64,000 bases of DNA from a virus, in IMG/VR virus record IMGVR_UViG_3300043449_001732, positions 19,982 through 83,981 of that record. One strand, written 5' to 3'. Both the position numbers and the translations under genes were made by a program. The notes beneath the pieces are model-generated. The model was not told the DNA's origin and did not search any database. It saw only the letters and a list, made by a program, of their open reading frames with translations. Within the stretch, counting starts at the first letter, position 1. Each line of letters starts with the position of its first letter. Below are positions 46,050 to 55,827 of the stretch, piece after piece.

Positions 46050-46993
46050 TTCTTTTTGATTGCAGATTGGAGTTGTGGTAGTGCAGTACCAGGGAATGGA
46101 ACGTAGCCAGCTTCCATCATACTGAAGAACAGATCCCAGGCATGACCCTGGTTGAATACCTCATTAGGTTTGTACGTACGCCAGTGGGTCAGTGGAGCCT
46201 GAGCGCCAGACTTGGTATGCAGCAGGACAAACTTACCCTCGCTGATGTGGTCAACAGGAGGTGCATACCACCAGGCAACACACTTATCAGGCGTACCACT
46301 GGGCAGTGCATTACGTACTTCAGTGCGTTTGCACAGAAGCTCACGGTACTTATGGAACCAAGTCAGGTGGATGCACCAGGGTTTGAATCCTTCAACCTCC
46401 TGTTGGAATAACGAAACATTAAGAAGCTGACGCTGAAAGGACCCACATGAGCAGTAAGGTTCAGGAGTGCCGGCCTGAATACCTGAGGTGTTTTCCTCCA
46501 GCTCAGACTCCAAGTCAATTGGCCGATTCGGGCTCCGAAGCCCATCCGGCGCAACCAAATGTCCCAGATCTGTCTGCTCATTCTGAAGGAGAGCGACGAC
46601 TTTGGCGGGGTCTGATAGGTGTATAAATTTGTCGGCCCAGTGCTGTTGAAGTTTTGCATTGGATGTCAGGTGTCCAAGTGCATGAGTATAGTTCCAACCT
46701 TTGAACATGACATAAGCATTGTTATGCCACACACTTGGCCCCCTGTAGTTGGGGCCAAGATAAGCAAAGAAATCTTTAAGGCGATGCGTGTACTGCTGGA
46801 AGGAACCCTTGATCAGCTGCCGGTCATAAGCCTGCTCACTACCATCGCGACGCACCACAATACAATGATCACCTCGCAGATAAATACCAGCGATTTCGGT
46901 GTCATCAAAGTCCTGGTACGCACGCCTGATGTTGGTGCGTGTGTAGATCGCAGCCTGCGCCGCGTTGAGTTCCTGCTGAGTTTGGTTGGACAT
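46046..46993 (-). CDS. SWIM Zn-finger-containing protein
   Basis: YCSCGSF...WCIHL. Confidence 0.65.
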   Translation of the reverse strand: MSNQTQQELNAAQAAIYTRTNIRRAYQDFDDTEIAGIYLRGDHCIVVRRDGSEQAYDRQLIKGSFQQYTHRLKDFFAYLGPNYRGPSVWHNNAYVMFKGWNYTHALGHLTSNAKLQQHWADKFIHLSDPAKVVALLQNEQTDLGHLVAPDGLRSPNRPIDLESELEENTSGIQAGTPEPYCSCGSFQRQLLNVSLFQQEVEGFKPWCIHLTWFHKYRELLCKRTEVRNALPSGTPDKCVAWWYAPPVDHISEGKFVLLHTKSGAQAPLTHWRTYKPNEVFNQGHAWDLFFSMMEAGYVPFPGTALPQLQSAIKKK

Positions 46994-47017
46994 GAGTTGA
47001 GTTTGAGTTGAGTTTGA

Positions 47018-47215
47018 TCAGACGTGCCAGGAGCTGTCGTCTTCCCGGATGGTAGCACGGTCCTTGGCATCCTGGTACGCTGCCCGCGATACACGGTACG
47101 TTCCGTAAGCAAGCGCAGCCCATGCCACAGGAGTGCCCACAAGAGCAAGGGCACCCGCACCAAGTAGGCCAAAGGAACCTCCGACTTTTAGAACAGCTTT
47201 GTGCTCAGGCTTCAT
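47018..47215 (-). CDS. Small membrane protein
   Basis: Gly/Ala hydrophobic segment. Confidence 0.55.
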   Translation of the reverse strand: MKPEHKAVLKVGGSFGLLGAGALALVGTPVAWAALAYGTYRVSRAAYQDAKDRATIREDDSSWHV

Positions 47216-47296
47216 GGTGGTAATCCTTAATACAATCGATTGGTTTCAAATCAGTTTAAATGCAACAAGTAGAATGAACTTAAACAATTTAATCTC

Positions 47297-47524
47297 ATGT
47301 TGAAATTCGAATCATCTGCAGAGGATTTGTTTTGGCAAGAGAAGATGTTCAGAACAATAAATGAATGTACATCACTTAGTGAGTTAAAAGAAATTGCCGT
47401 GCTGTTAACAAAGATTGCAACAACACGGCAGATAGCTATCAAAGGTTTAGTTAATGATGCCCTTGATCTAATGCAGGAGAATTACTCAAGCAAGATCAAG
47501 GACACCACTGATTCCATCAGCTAA
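47297..47524 (+). CDS. Second NblA-like helical-hairpin protein
   Basis: SAEDLFWQEKMFRTINEC.SLSELKEIAVLL..IA..RQ; lone + strand gene with TAGAAT upstream. Confidence 0.45.
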   Translation: MLKFESSAEDLFWQEKMFRTINECTSLSELKEIAVLLTKIATTRQIAIKGLVNDALDLMQENYSSKIKDTTDSIS

Positions 47525-48536
47525 GGCTGCTGTCCTCACCAGTGATTTCATCACGAGCAGGCAGTGCCTTCACCTCTACCGTATCCATGGTACGAGACAC
47601 AGGAAGAATCTCGACACCATCCTTGATGCCATAGGCACCACCAAGTTTCTGTGCATCCTGCTTGGCATGGATGTTGATGTAATCATTGAACAGCTCTTGG
47701 TACTTCCAAGTAGATTCACGATCTTCATCAGGAATCGACAGGCGATTCAATGATTCGACTGCTTCTTCTTGGGTGCTGTAACCAGGAATGTCAAAAGATT
47801 CAATTGCACAGATCTCAACGTTGTTGGCTCCGCGCATCTCGTTGGCAAGTACCGGAGTAAATACGGTAGTTGCATAGAACTTTTCATTGAAGCTCAGAGG
47901 TACTTCAGCATCCAGTGCCTTACTCAGGCACTTGGACATTTCCTTTTCGTACATCTTGACTTTTTCGGAAACGTCTGTGCCATTCAATCCCTTCAGGGTC
48001 AGAACCATCGGGATCTTATGGGCACGCTTGTTGTCCTGGGTCAGGATGTAAACCAGGTACTTGGTGCGTACGCTGTACTTACGCTTGTAGAGATTGCCTT
48101 TGCTACCTTCCAGGTCAGCAGCAATCTTGTCAGCTTCCCACAGTTCCTTAACATCAGGGTTGTCAAAGGTACCAATCGTCTGCCTCATCCCCGTGGTTTC
48201 CTCAACCATGAGGGGAGAACGAAGAAGGATTTGAATTCGAGGCTCAACAAAATTGAGTCCTTCTTCCACTGAAGTGTTGGGAGCCATACCAAAAGTTTGC
48301 TTGTAGTTCCAGATAACTGAACCTTTAGCAAACTGATCTTCAGTGGCACTCCAGCCGCAAGTGTCCAGGTCTGAGTTCCGCACGAACCAACCTCGTGTCT
48401 TGGACTTGTTGAGGGGCTGGATAGTGACGAGGTTTTGGTACCCCGAAACAAATTCTTTGGATTGAAAAAGTTTGAAAGAATCGAGTCCACGTGTTGCAAG
48501 CGCAGAAGTTTTCTTAGTAGTCATGGAAGCGGTCAT
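47517..48536 (-). CDS. DUF5895-like protein in the replication/recombination module
   Basis: EGLNFVEPRIQILLRSPL...YLVYILTQDNKRAHKIPMVLTLKG; next to SSB. Confidence 0.55.
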   Translation of the reverse strand: MTASMTTKKTSALATRGLDSFKLFQSKEFVSGYQNLVTIQPLNKSKTRGWFVRNSDLDTCGWSATEDQFAKGSVIWNYKQTFGMAPNTSVEEGLNFVEPRIQILLRSPLMVEETTGMRQTIGTFDNPDVKELWEADKIAADLEGSKGNLYKRKYSVRTKYLVYILTQDNKRAHKIPMVLTLKGLNGTDVSEKVKMYEKEMSKCLSKALDAEVPLSFNEKFYATTVFTPVLANEMRGANNVEICAIESFDIPGYSTQEEAVESLNRLSIPDEDRESTWKYQELFNDYINIHAKQDAQKLGGAYGIKDGVEILPVSRTMDTVEVKALPARDEITGEDSSLS

Positions 48537-48558
48537 GGTTTGTTCAGGGTTTGGACGT

Positions 48559-48585
48559 GGACGCTTTTAACGCCATCCCGAGGCG
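48559..48585 (-). promoter_or_regulatory. 27-nt pseudoknot leader motif, copy 2
   Basis: CGCC-TCGGGAT-GGCG-TTAAAAGC-GTCC. Confidence 0.7.
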
Positions 48586-48590
48586 GTGAC

Positions 48591-48830
48591 CTATATTAGG
48601 TCCTTGCAAGCATCCTTGTCATAAAGCGCAGCTGCCTTTGACAAAGCTTCACGTTCATCCAGTGATTCCTGGAGCGCAGCGTAAACACTGTCTTCGTTGT
48701 ACCCGCAGCCCTTCATAAACATGATGAAGTGCTCAAGGATTTCATCAGTAGTAACACCAGCGCTTTGAAATACGACGGTGTACTCTTCTTCCTCAAGAGT
48801 GAACTTCATGCGTTGATCAGTCTTCGTCAT
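48591..48830 (-). CDS. Hypothetical protein
   Basis: ILEHFIMFMKGCGY motif; coupled to upstream gene. Confidence 0.55.
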   Translation of the reverse strand: MTKTDQRMKFTLEEEEYTVVFQSAGVTTDEILEHFIMFMKGCGYNEDSVYAALQESLDEREALSKAAALYDKDACKDLI

Positions 48831-49053
48831 TGGTGTCCTCAATGTGATGAGCTGTGTGCGCTTCGCGAGCAGAAGAAAAAATTTCAGCAATCAAATAAGA
48901 AGCTTTTGCCATTTCTGTAATTGCTTCAAAAATTTCATCTCCTGTTGTTTCATTTCCATCAAATAATTTACCTACGTTTTCCATAAAGAACTCATAGGCA
49001 ATTGCATCTTTCAAAGAGAAGTCTGTGTCAACGCCCGTAATTTGAATTGACAT
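48817..49053 (-). CDS. Hypothetical protein
   Basis: 78-aa ATG ORF. Confidence 0.55.
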   Translation of the reverse strand: MSIQITGVDTDFSLKDAIAYEFFMENVGKLFDGNETTGDEIFEAITEMAKASYLIAEIFSSAREAHTAHHIEDTNDED

Positions 49054-49058
49054 AACAA

Positions 49059-49868
49059 TCAGAAGGGAACTTCTTCAAGGTCAGGTGCAGAACCATACTG
49101 ACCGGGGAGATCAGGCAGTCCACCACCAGAGCTTTGTGTCCAGGGGTCAGAGCCTTCCTCAGCGGTACGGCCACCCCACAGACTAGTGACATTCTCACCA
49201 GAAGCAACAGTTGTCTGCGGTGTAATCGGCTTCACTTCCCCTTGGCCCTTAGGTGCCAGGGTCATCGACACCAATTGGATCTTGGTATTAGAACGCTTCT
49301 CACCTGTGTTGGCATCCTTCCACGCATCAGTAATCAAACGACCCTGGATCGTAAGACCAGTTCCTTTACGTGTGAAGTTAACCAGTAGTTCTGCATTGTT
49401 CAACTTATCTTCTGCCGAGTTCATGGCAAAGAAGTTAAACAGATCTGCCTGATTCCTTCCCGTGTTAACAGAAAGAGTTTGGTTACAGATCATCAAGCCA
49501 TCGGCAGTTGTCTTGAAGGCTCGTGCATCTTCTTGATCAATGTCTTTGACGCAGCGACCGCTGAGGATAACTGTGTTGAAGATCGGGAACTGATCGTTAG
49601 CCGGAGCAATAATTCCTCCATGTAACGAAAACGTTCTGGACTCAAGGTCGAAACGTAGCTTGGCGCCGTGAATGTAGACCTGTGCACCCTTGGGTACTCG
49701 GGAAAAACGCTCGGCATTCTTACCGTACACATTAAGTTCAATTGGCGTTGGAGCTTTCTTGCCTACAGGAGGCAGCATTACCATGCAACGCATGGCTGTA
49801 GAACTTGCGCTGATGAATACCTCACGCGGTACTTCAGTGGTCTGAGCGCAAACAGAAACAAAGTTCAT
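49059..49868 (-). CDS. ssb: Single-stranded DNA-binding protein with tandem OB folds
   Basis: MNFV...YGKNAE...KGAQVYIHG and NTVILSGR...KGTGLTIQGRL..DAWKD; acidic tail EEVPF. Confidence 0.82.
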   Translation of the reverse strand: MNFVSVCAQTTEVPREVFISASSTAMRCMVMLPPVGKKAPTPIELNVYGKNAERFSRVPKGAQVYIHGAKLRFDLESRTFSLHGGIIAPANDQFPIFNTVILSGRCVKDIDQEDARAFKTTADGLMICNQTLSVNTGRNQADLFNFFAMNSAEDKLNNAELLVNFTRKGTGLTIQGRLITDAWKDANTGEKRSNTKIQLVSMTLAPKGQGEVKPITPQTTVASGENVTSLWGGRTAEEGSDPWTQSSGGGLPDLPGQYGSAPDLEEVPF

Positions 49869-49890
49869 GTGTTCGAGAAGTTAGTTGTTA

Positions 49891-49917
49891 AGGCAGTTTA
49901 ACGTCTTACCTGGGACG
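49891..49917 (-). promoter_or_regulatory. 27-nt pseudoknot leader motif, copy 3 (ssb leader)
   Basis: CGTC-CCAGGTAA-GACG-TTAAAC-TGCCT. Confidence 0.75.
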
Positions 49918-49922
49918 AGCAG

Positions 49923-50096
49923 TCATTCTTTTAGGGTAGGCAAAGGATCACCAAGGCTTTCTAGCCAACACAACATGCACCAGTGTCCGGCGTGTTCTGG
50001 AATAGTGCTTTGTATATATTGAGTATGCGTGCCATGCCTGGGGCAAATCACTTTTAATTCAGGCAGCTTGTCAATAAAAAATTCACTGGAGTCCAT
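49923..50096 (-). CDS. 57-aa putative Zn-binding protein
   Basis: CPRHG...HWCMLC, translated by hand. Confidence 0.5.
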   Translation of the reverse strand: MDSSEFFIDKLPELKVICPRHGTHTQYIQSTIPEHAGHWCMLCWLESLGDPLPTLKE

Positions 50097-50098
50097 GG

Positions 50099-51949
50099 TC
50101 AGTGGGTATCCGCCCAGGTGCAGCCCACCTTAGCATCACCTTGAATTGGACAGCGGAACCCAAAGAATTGTTGCGCTTGCGGGAACGCAGCCAATGCTTG
50201 TTCCTTGATTAGCTCAGTGTGCCGCGGATCACATGCAACTTGAATCTCATCGTGGACAAACAAGAGTTGTTCCCAATCCTTGCCGTGCACCAAGCCAAGG
50301 TTCTGTTCAATGTTGTTGTGCGTGGTGACAACAACTTGTTTCATGATTGCTGCACCACTTGCTTGCAACAAAACATTCAAGCCTTTAAAAGCGGAACGAC
50401 AATGTAACGTCCGACGATCAAGGCCGATAAGATAACCGCGTAAGCCAATGGTTTCATCAATAAGTTGTTTGAGTTTTCGGAGTGCAGGCACCCCGTCCAT
50501 GAATGAGTTAATTGCAGTAGCTCCTAGTTTCCTAAGAACTACTTCATCTTTTTCATTCGGATCAATAATTGTACCAGCCTTGAATGCACCAGCACCATAC
50601 AAAACCCCATATAGTAAACGCTTAGCAATATCCCTGGTCTCTACACCAAACATCTTTTGGTTGTACACGTGAATGTCAACCTCAGGGTTTGTAACCATTG
50701 CTGAGTATTCACCATCATCCCAGATAGCTAGATACCCGGCAAGACACCTAAGCTCCAAAGCTTTAGCATCGATCCCAATAAGATCCCAACCATCAGGAGC
50801 ATGGAACAACGAACGACATTCATGACCGTAAGGTGAATAACCTGCTGGCACTTGCGCCATGTTGGGATTGCGATGACTCGCGCGGCCCGTAATACATCCA
50901 TTGGTAATGAGATCACCGTGCATGCGGCCATCATCATTATTGACAAGCTTTAACCAAGCATTGTTGCCATCAGCAATCTGACCAAGACGTTTCTTGATCA
51001 GCATATATTCAGCCAATGGTTTGGCTTCCGGGTACGGCAAGGCATCGAGTACATCATCATCAAGAACTGGATTACCCTTCTCAGTATTCTTCTCTGGTAC
51101 CCAACCGTACTTTTGTTGTAGACGTTCAACAATTTGCGTACGAGATCCAGGATTAAATTCCTGATACGTGACTTTAGTAAACGGCTGGCCCTTGACATAA
51201 CCACGTTTCGAATTGTTTACCTTTGGAACAAAGATTGATTCAATCTTGTTAGGTGGAAAGATCTCCTTTAGGTGTGCCTCAAGTTCTGCTTCTTTTGCTC
51301 TGAGACTATCCACCAAATCAAGACATGCATCCACATCAAAAGGAATGCCTGCTCTAATTTGTTTTTCAATTGCCAAGGCAAGATCATGCTCAAGCTTGAG
51401 CGCAGGCTGCGGGTAGTTTTCTTTTGTGATGTGCTGCCAAAGCTTCTTAGTAACAGCAACGTCCTGCTGACAGTATGCCAACATTTCTTCACTGTATTCA
51501 CTGAAGTCTTTGAAGTCGATCTTGTGATCGGCCAACCTCCATCCCCATGCCTTGAGAGATGCAGAACCCTTGAGTCCCTTTGGAACCTGCGTATATTGTT
51601 CATCGTCAATTGTGTAGAGGATTTCTTTGGGCCAGATGAGTCTGGTGCAGATGAGTGTGTCAATGATTCTTCCGTTGAGTTGTACAGATGGATACAGTTT
51701 GTTTAGGACTGGAATGTCATAAAACAAAATGTTGTGGCCAATCAAAACATCAGCGGTTGCCAGATGAGCAAGAGCAGCAGCAATGCGATCAGGCCCATAA
51801 CTAAAAGTTTGTTGGAGTCCAATGTCATATACAACAATGCAATGGATTACCGTCACATTATCGTAGAGACCATCGGACTCCAGGTCAAACACAAGAAAAA
51901 CTTCACCTTCTTGTGGGTACATTGAAAATTTTGAATTACGTACATTCAT
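50099..51949 (-). CDS. polA: Family A DNA polymerase, T7-like with 3'-5' exonuclease, Tyr762 type
   Basis: FDLESDG, GHNILFYD, GIDAKALELR, RDIAKRLLYGVLYG, FVHDE. Confidence 0.95.
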   Translation of the reverse strand: MNVRNSKFSMYPQEGEVFLVFDLESDGLYDNVTVIHCIVVYDIGLQQTFSYGPDRIAAALAHLATADVLIGHNILFYDIPVLNKLYPSVQLNGRIIDTLICTRLIWPKEILYTIDDEQYTQVPKGLKGSASLKAWGWRLADHKIDFKDFSEYSEEMLAYCQQDVAVTKKLWQHITKENYPQPALKLEHDLALAIEKQIRAGIPFDVDACLDLVDSLRAKEAELEAHLKEIFPPNKIESIFVPKVNNSKRGYVKGQPFTKVTYQEFNPGSRTQIVERLQQKYGWVPEKNTEKGNPVLDDDVLDALPYPEAKPLAEYMLIKKRLGQIADGNNAWLKLVNNDDGRMHGDLITNGCITGRASHRNPNMAQVPAGYSPYGHECRSLFHAPDGWDLIGIDAKALELRCLAGYLAIWDDGEYSAMVTNPEVDIHVYNQKMFGVETRDIAKRLLYGVLYGAGAFKAGTIIDPNEKDEVVLRKLGATAINSFMDGVPALRKLKQLIDETIGLRGYLIGLDRRTLHCRSAFKGLNVLLQASGAAIMKQVVVTTHNNIEQNLGLVHGKDWEQLLFVHDEIQVACDPRHTELIKEQALAAFPQAQQFFGFRCPIQGDAKVGCTWADTH

Positions 51950-52427
51950 ATAGTTTTTTTAAATCTTCAAGAACAAGTTCAAGTTCAGAGATTGTAGCGT
52001 CATTTTTTAACAAGTTTGCTCTTGCACTAATAACACGCACATTCCCTTTGACATAACCAAGCTCTGGAATAATTCGATCAATAGAAGCCGCGTTAGGATG
52101 GTAACCTCTTTTAGGTTCTTCTTCTAAAGAAAATTGTCGTATAGGTATATTTAAAACAGGGCAAATAGATGGAATAACAATATCCTCTATTGTTAAATTA
52201 AATGGAATACCATTTGTTTTAGCTCTGTGCTTGCAACGCGAAAGCATACTTGACTCGCGATGAGTAATTCGCGTGCGTTTGTATCTTTCTTTTATTCTCT
52301 CTGGACTTTTATAGTAATGGGTCCTGTTCCTTCTTTTGCTACCACAGGACATAGAACACCACTTGGCATCTTTTCTTGTGGCAACAAAAATAACACCACA
52401 ATATTGACAGACAAGATCAATATTCAT
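51936..52427 (-). CDS. HNH-type free-standing endonuclease
   Basis: CPVL...SIDRIIPELGYVKGNVRVISARANLLK; AT-rich. Confidence 0.8.
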   Translation of the reverse strand: MNIDLVCQYCGVIFVATRKDAKWCSMSCGSKRRNRTHYYKSPERIKERYKRTRITHRESSMLSRCKHRAKTNGIPFNLTIEDIVIPSICPVLNIPIRQFSLEEEPKRGYHPNAASIDRIIPELGYVKGNVRVISARANLLKNDATISELELVLEDLKKLYECT

Positions 52428-52657
52428 CGCTGGAACCTGGCAACATCTTGAATTGAGAGTTCTTCACCGTTGATGCTGTCGTCATTCTCTTTAATCCAGC
52501 TCAAGATTTTCTGTGCACCCGAGCGGTACGGATGACTGAAGACCTTGGATAATGCAGAGTCTGAGTCTAGCGGAATCAGTTCAAATTGATTAGAAGAACT
52601 GGAGGCAGTTACACCGTAAGGTTTGTTCCACCTCCAGCAGGCCAGCATGTAAGACAT
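52424..52657 (-). CDS. Hypothetical protein
   Basis: 77-aa ATG ORF. Confidence 0.55.
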   Translation of the reverse strand: MSYMLACWRWNKPYGVTASSSSNQFELIPLDSDSALSKVFSHPYRSGAQKILSWIKENDDSINGEELSIQDVARFQR

Positions 52658-52692
52658 CGATCAATCAAGAAGACTGACAGATGTTACCTCAT

Positions 52693-53481
52693 CTATTTAG
52701 CAAGACAAGGTTCTACAGATTCTTTTTGGAATGTTTTGCCATACCCAACGAATCCACCATCCTTCTTGCGTTGTGTGACAGCTTGCATCGCTTCAGATCC
52801 AGCACGCTGGCTCCCATGCACAAGGAGTGCAAACGGTTTGTCACCTAGGCAGTGGCTGTCATCATGATCCACAGCAAGTCCACGTGCAGCCGCTTCCTCT
52901 TCTGTGTACACAACGTAGGCCACCCGCTGGAACACATCGGGATACTTGGGGATCAAGTAATCGAGTGTCCCACCGCAAGACGCGGTGAGATAAAAGTTGG
53001 ATGGGATCTGATCACGCAAGTTGTACCACATACCAAGGGACTTAGTATATGCATAGAACTTTTGCTTGGGTCGCTGGGCAGCAACCATAAGCCAAGCCCG
53101 CATGTAGTTCTCAGTCCAGAAGTCACCCGACTCATGGACCCGCACCAGTTCTTTGGGTGCTTGCATACTGAGTGACAGATCGATCAGATCACGCAGCAAC
53201 ACAGCCTGGTTCCCATTGCGATGCATGGTCTCGCGGATAATATCCCAGTTATGCCAGCGGGCAACACGCACGTTAGGCCGTACCTCGGCCATGGCAGCAA
53301 AGCAGCGGAACTCATCTGCTTCTGTGCCTGTGTACTGGGGCAGGTCAGTAATGAGTCCGGTGACCCGGTCAGCAAATGTCTTGCAGACACCAGCATGTGG
53401 GCATGAGTGACCAGCTGGCAACGAGAAGATCAGACGATTTTTGAGCTTGCCGTTGCCGTTGGAAAATTTGAGTAATTGCAT
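52693..53481 (-). CDS. GP88-family (radical-SAM-like) protein
   Basis: GNGKL...FSLPAGHSCP..GVC...CFA...VRVHESGDF...FYAYTKS. Confidence 0.75.
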   Translation of the reverse strand: MQLLKFSNGNGKLKNRLIFSLPAGHSCPHAGVCKTFADRVTGLITDLPQYTGTEADEFRCFAAMAEVRPNVRVARWHNWDIIRETMHRNGNQAVLLRDLIDLSLSMQAPKELVRVHESGDFWTENYMRAWLMVAAQRPKQKFYAYTKSLGMWYNLRDQIPSNFYLTASCGGTLDYLIPKYPDVFQRVAYVVYTEEEAAARGLAVDHDDSHCLGDKPFALLVHGSQRAGSEAMQAVTQRKKDGGFVGYGKTFQKESVEPCLAK

Positions 53482-53523
53482 TGGTGTTGAATGTGATTGA
53501 TTAGTAAAACTAATGTAACCAGT

Positions 53524-53550
53524 GGATAAGTTTAGGGTCATTCCAGGACC
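53524..53550 (-). promoter_or_regulatory. 27-nt pseudoknot leader motif, copy 4
   Basis: GGTC-CTGGAAT-GACC-CTAAAC-TTATCC. Confidence 0.65.
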
Positions 53551-53592
53551 ATTGAATCTTACCAGATCCCCTGCGGTGCAAGGGTTTTGGTG

Positions 53593-53835
53593 CTACGATT
53601 CGTTCGTAGTTTTTTCGGAGTCACTAGGCATTCCGTCGCCGGTGGACGGCGGGTAGGTCAGTACGCGAGAGTACTCACCATCCACCACCTCACTCATTAA
53701 ATCATCTGGAACAAACTCCAAAGCGTTGCGGATGTACAACATTGCATGTACGTACTCCCGTGTATCTAAACCGCCAAGAGCAAGTGCTTCCCATGATTCA
53801 ATAGCTATTTGCTTAACGGAGTAATCCATATTCAA
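53593..53835 (-). CDS. Hypothetical protein
   Basis: 80-aa ORF. Confidence 0.5.
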   Translation of the reverse strand: MNMDYSVKQIAIESWEALALGGLDTREYVHAMLYIRNALEFVPDDLMSEVVDGEYSRVLTYPPSTGDGMPSDSEKTTNES

Positions 53836-53940
53836 ATAGGTTGGTACGGTGGCATTAAGTTACCATCCGCATCAATGATCCCGGCATCCATAAGGAACTG
53901 CCTAGCTTTCTCTGGTTCTTTGTAGTCTTCAATTAGTTTT

Positions 53941-54582
53941 TCAATCTGCTGAGAACACAGCCTCTCCGATGATGGGGAACTGCTCACAGAAGATGTCTTT
54001 GATTTGTTCTGCAATTTGTCGGTGTTCAAGTTGGGTTCCTGCATCACAGCGAAGTTGTAGGTAATGAATCCAAGAACGGAGCGTGCCGTTCATGTACATT
54101 CTGGTTTGTGTTGCAATGGGCAGCACTGAGCGTGCACATTCCTTGGCAACACCTGCACTAACCATCTCCCTGTATAGATGCTCAGCATCTTCAAAGAGAT
54201 GACCAATGCGGCGGTAGTAACCAGCAATTACATCAGATGACAGATCATCGATGCTGTTCTGACGGTTCTTAGTATCTTGCCGACGTAGGTGAGGGATGAC
54301 CGATGAGCCAAGCTCACCCACATCTGCATACCGCTGACTGAATTCCTGGAACGAAAACGAACGATGCCTAAGGATCTGCGCTGAAATACCACGAGTTGTT
54401 TCAATTTCAACACAGAGATTAGCCATTTCAAACGGAGAGTAGTGCTTATGCTTTAACAAATAACGCAATAGCCTAGGGGCTGTCTCCGTGTTGTTGGCGT
54501 TCTTGGGATTTGATACCCTGGCCATTTCCACAACCAGGTTTTCTGCGTTCTGGGTGGCCCACACTAATTTGACCTGAGACAT
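53941..54582 (-). CDS. thyX: Flavin-dependent thymidylate synthase
   Basis: ARVSNP...H.SPFEM...QILRHRSFSFQEFSQRY...GVAKECAR.VLP...TQLEHR. Confidence 0.95.
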   Translation of the reverse strand: MSQVKLVWATQNAENLVVEMARVSNPKNANNTETAPRLLRYLLKHKHYSPFEMANLCVEIETTRGISAQILRHRSFSFQEFSQRYADVGELGSSVIPHLRRQDTKNRQNSIDDLSSDVIAGYYRRIGHLFEDAEHLYREMVSAGVAKECARSVLPIATQTRMYMNGTLRSWIHYLQLRCDAGTQLEHRQIAEQIKDIFCEQFPIIGEAVFSAD

Positions 54583-55018
54583 AGTCTGCTGCTTGTTGTA
54601 AGAGGAAGTAGTTGTCATTAAATTTACCAATTGCTTGGTTGCATCGCAAACAAAGAAGTCCACGTATTCTACCGGTTGCGTGGCAGTGGTCAACTGCAAA
54701 TCTTCTGCCGGATGAACATTTGTTTACTCCGCAGATTGCGCACTGGTTATTTTGTGCTAATAACATATTGTCGTAATCATTAATTGTCAATCCAAATGTT
54801 TTAAGATTAGCTTTCCTTTTATGAATGCCTTTGTACTTAGCTCTTCGTTTTTTAACATATGCCTGATATTGATTTGGTTTAGCTGCATAATATTTTCTTT
54901 GCGCGGCAGCGCAGCAAGTTTTGCATTTTGATCTTGGTTGTTTATTTGTTTTTGAAACAGTGGGAAATGAATCAATTGTTTTTAATTGATTGCACCCTGT
55001 GCAAAGTTTTAAATTCAT
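54473..55018 (-). CDS. Endonuclease VII-like free-standing endonuclease
   Basis: FGLT...QNNQCAIC...AVDHCHATGRIRGLLCLRCN. Confidence 0.88.
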   Translation of the reverse strand: MNLKLCTGCNQLKTIDSFPTVSKTNKQPRSKCKTCCAAAQRKYYAAKPNQYQAYVKKRRAKYKGIHKRKANLKTFGLTINDYDNMLLAQNNQCAICGVNKCSSGRRFAVDHCHATGRIRGLLCLRCNQAIGKFNDNYFLLQQAADYVSGQISVGHPERRKPGCGNGQGIKSQERQQHGDSP

Positions 55019-55299
55019 AAACTTTTGGATTCTTCTGGTAGTTCATTGATTAAAGCATAGTCACCAATGATTGCAAGCGCTGCCTTGTTGTAGGCACGTG
55101 CTGCGTCTAGTTCATCTTCATAGTTGCCAAGGTAATAACGCTTGCCTTTGAAGGTCAACACGGCACGATACATACCTTTATTGCCTTTACTTACGCCACG
55201 GTATTTGCTGAATGCATTAGCTGGCCGTGGTCTTGATGCTTGGGACAGATAGAAGTCTTTATCAGACATCTTCCTGGTGAGGTAACTGACTTTAGACAT
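55015..55299 (-). CDS. AP2-domain DNA-binding protein
   Basis: SKYRGVS...YRA...YLGNYEDELDAARAYNKAA...GDYALIN. Confidence 0.85.
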   Translation of the reverse strand: MSKVSYLTRKMSDKDFYLSQASRPRPANAFSKYRGVSKGNKGMYRAVLTFKGKRYYLGNYEDELDAARAYNKAALAIIGDYALINELPEESKSL

Positions 55300-55543
55300 G
55301 GGTGTTTTCTAGTTCGTTAGCAATAGCAAGTAGCTGATGGCGAATCTCCACAGCTTTTTGTAAAGTCAAACTTGGATTACGGTCATACAACTCCGTCTCA
55401 AGGTGAGGTGGCACCACCTGATCCGCAGCAGCGCAGAGGGCGGCGGCGATGGCAATCAGGTCATCGTCCACATGGCTTTGCCCCATGGGCGCCTTGAGGA
55501 ACGCATCCAGCACTGCTTGCGCGGCAGGGGAAAGGTCAGTCAT
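55292..55543 (-). CDS. Paralog family B
   Basis: MTDLSPAAQAVLDA...IAAAL.AAA...LLAIA.ELE. Confidence 0.7.
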   Translation of the reverse strand: MTDLSPAAQAVLDAFLKAPMGQSHVDDDLIAIAAALCAAADQVVPPHLETELYDRNPSLTLQKAVEIRHQLLAIANELENTHV

Positions 55544-55800
55544 CGTAACTCCAGTACAGAACGAGCAATGTCAAGGAAAGTTTCTGGGCTGATGTAGTTC
55601 CAGTCATTCTCATTAAAGAGTTCAACTAGCTCCTCATCCGTCGGCCCCTGCGGCTCGGGCTGAGATAAGGCAGCATCAGCGCGATCTAGTAGAGCCTCCA
55701 GTTCGTCAATGCCGTAGCCATTGTCCTCGATGTACCAGCATTGGTAGCGCTCTAGATTCTCAAATAGTTCAGCGCAAAGCGCACGAAAGCCAGTAGTCAT
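55540..55800 (-). CDS. Paralog family C (RALCAEL...AALSQP)
   Basis: Shares RALCAEL and AAL.QP with 55828..56175. Confidence 0.65.
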   Translation of the reverse strand: MTTGFRALCAELFENLERYQCWYIEDNGYGIDELEALLDRADAALSQPEPQGPTDEELVELFNENDWNYISPETFLDIARSVLELR

Positions 55801-55827
55801 TGATCTCCTGGTGTAGATGAATTGGAA

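Noticed and set aside
54583-54699. N-terminal extension of ThyX in the ORF track
   Set aside because: Lies inside the endonuclease gene; ThyX homology begins at MSQVKLV (54582)
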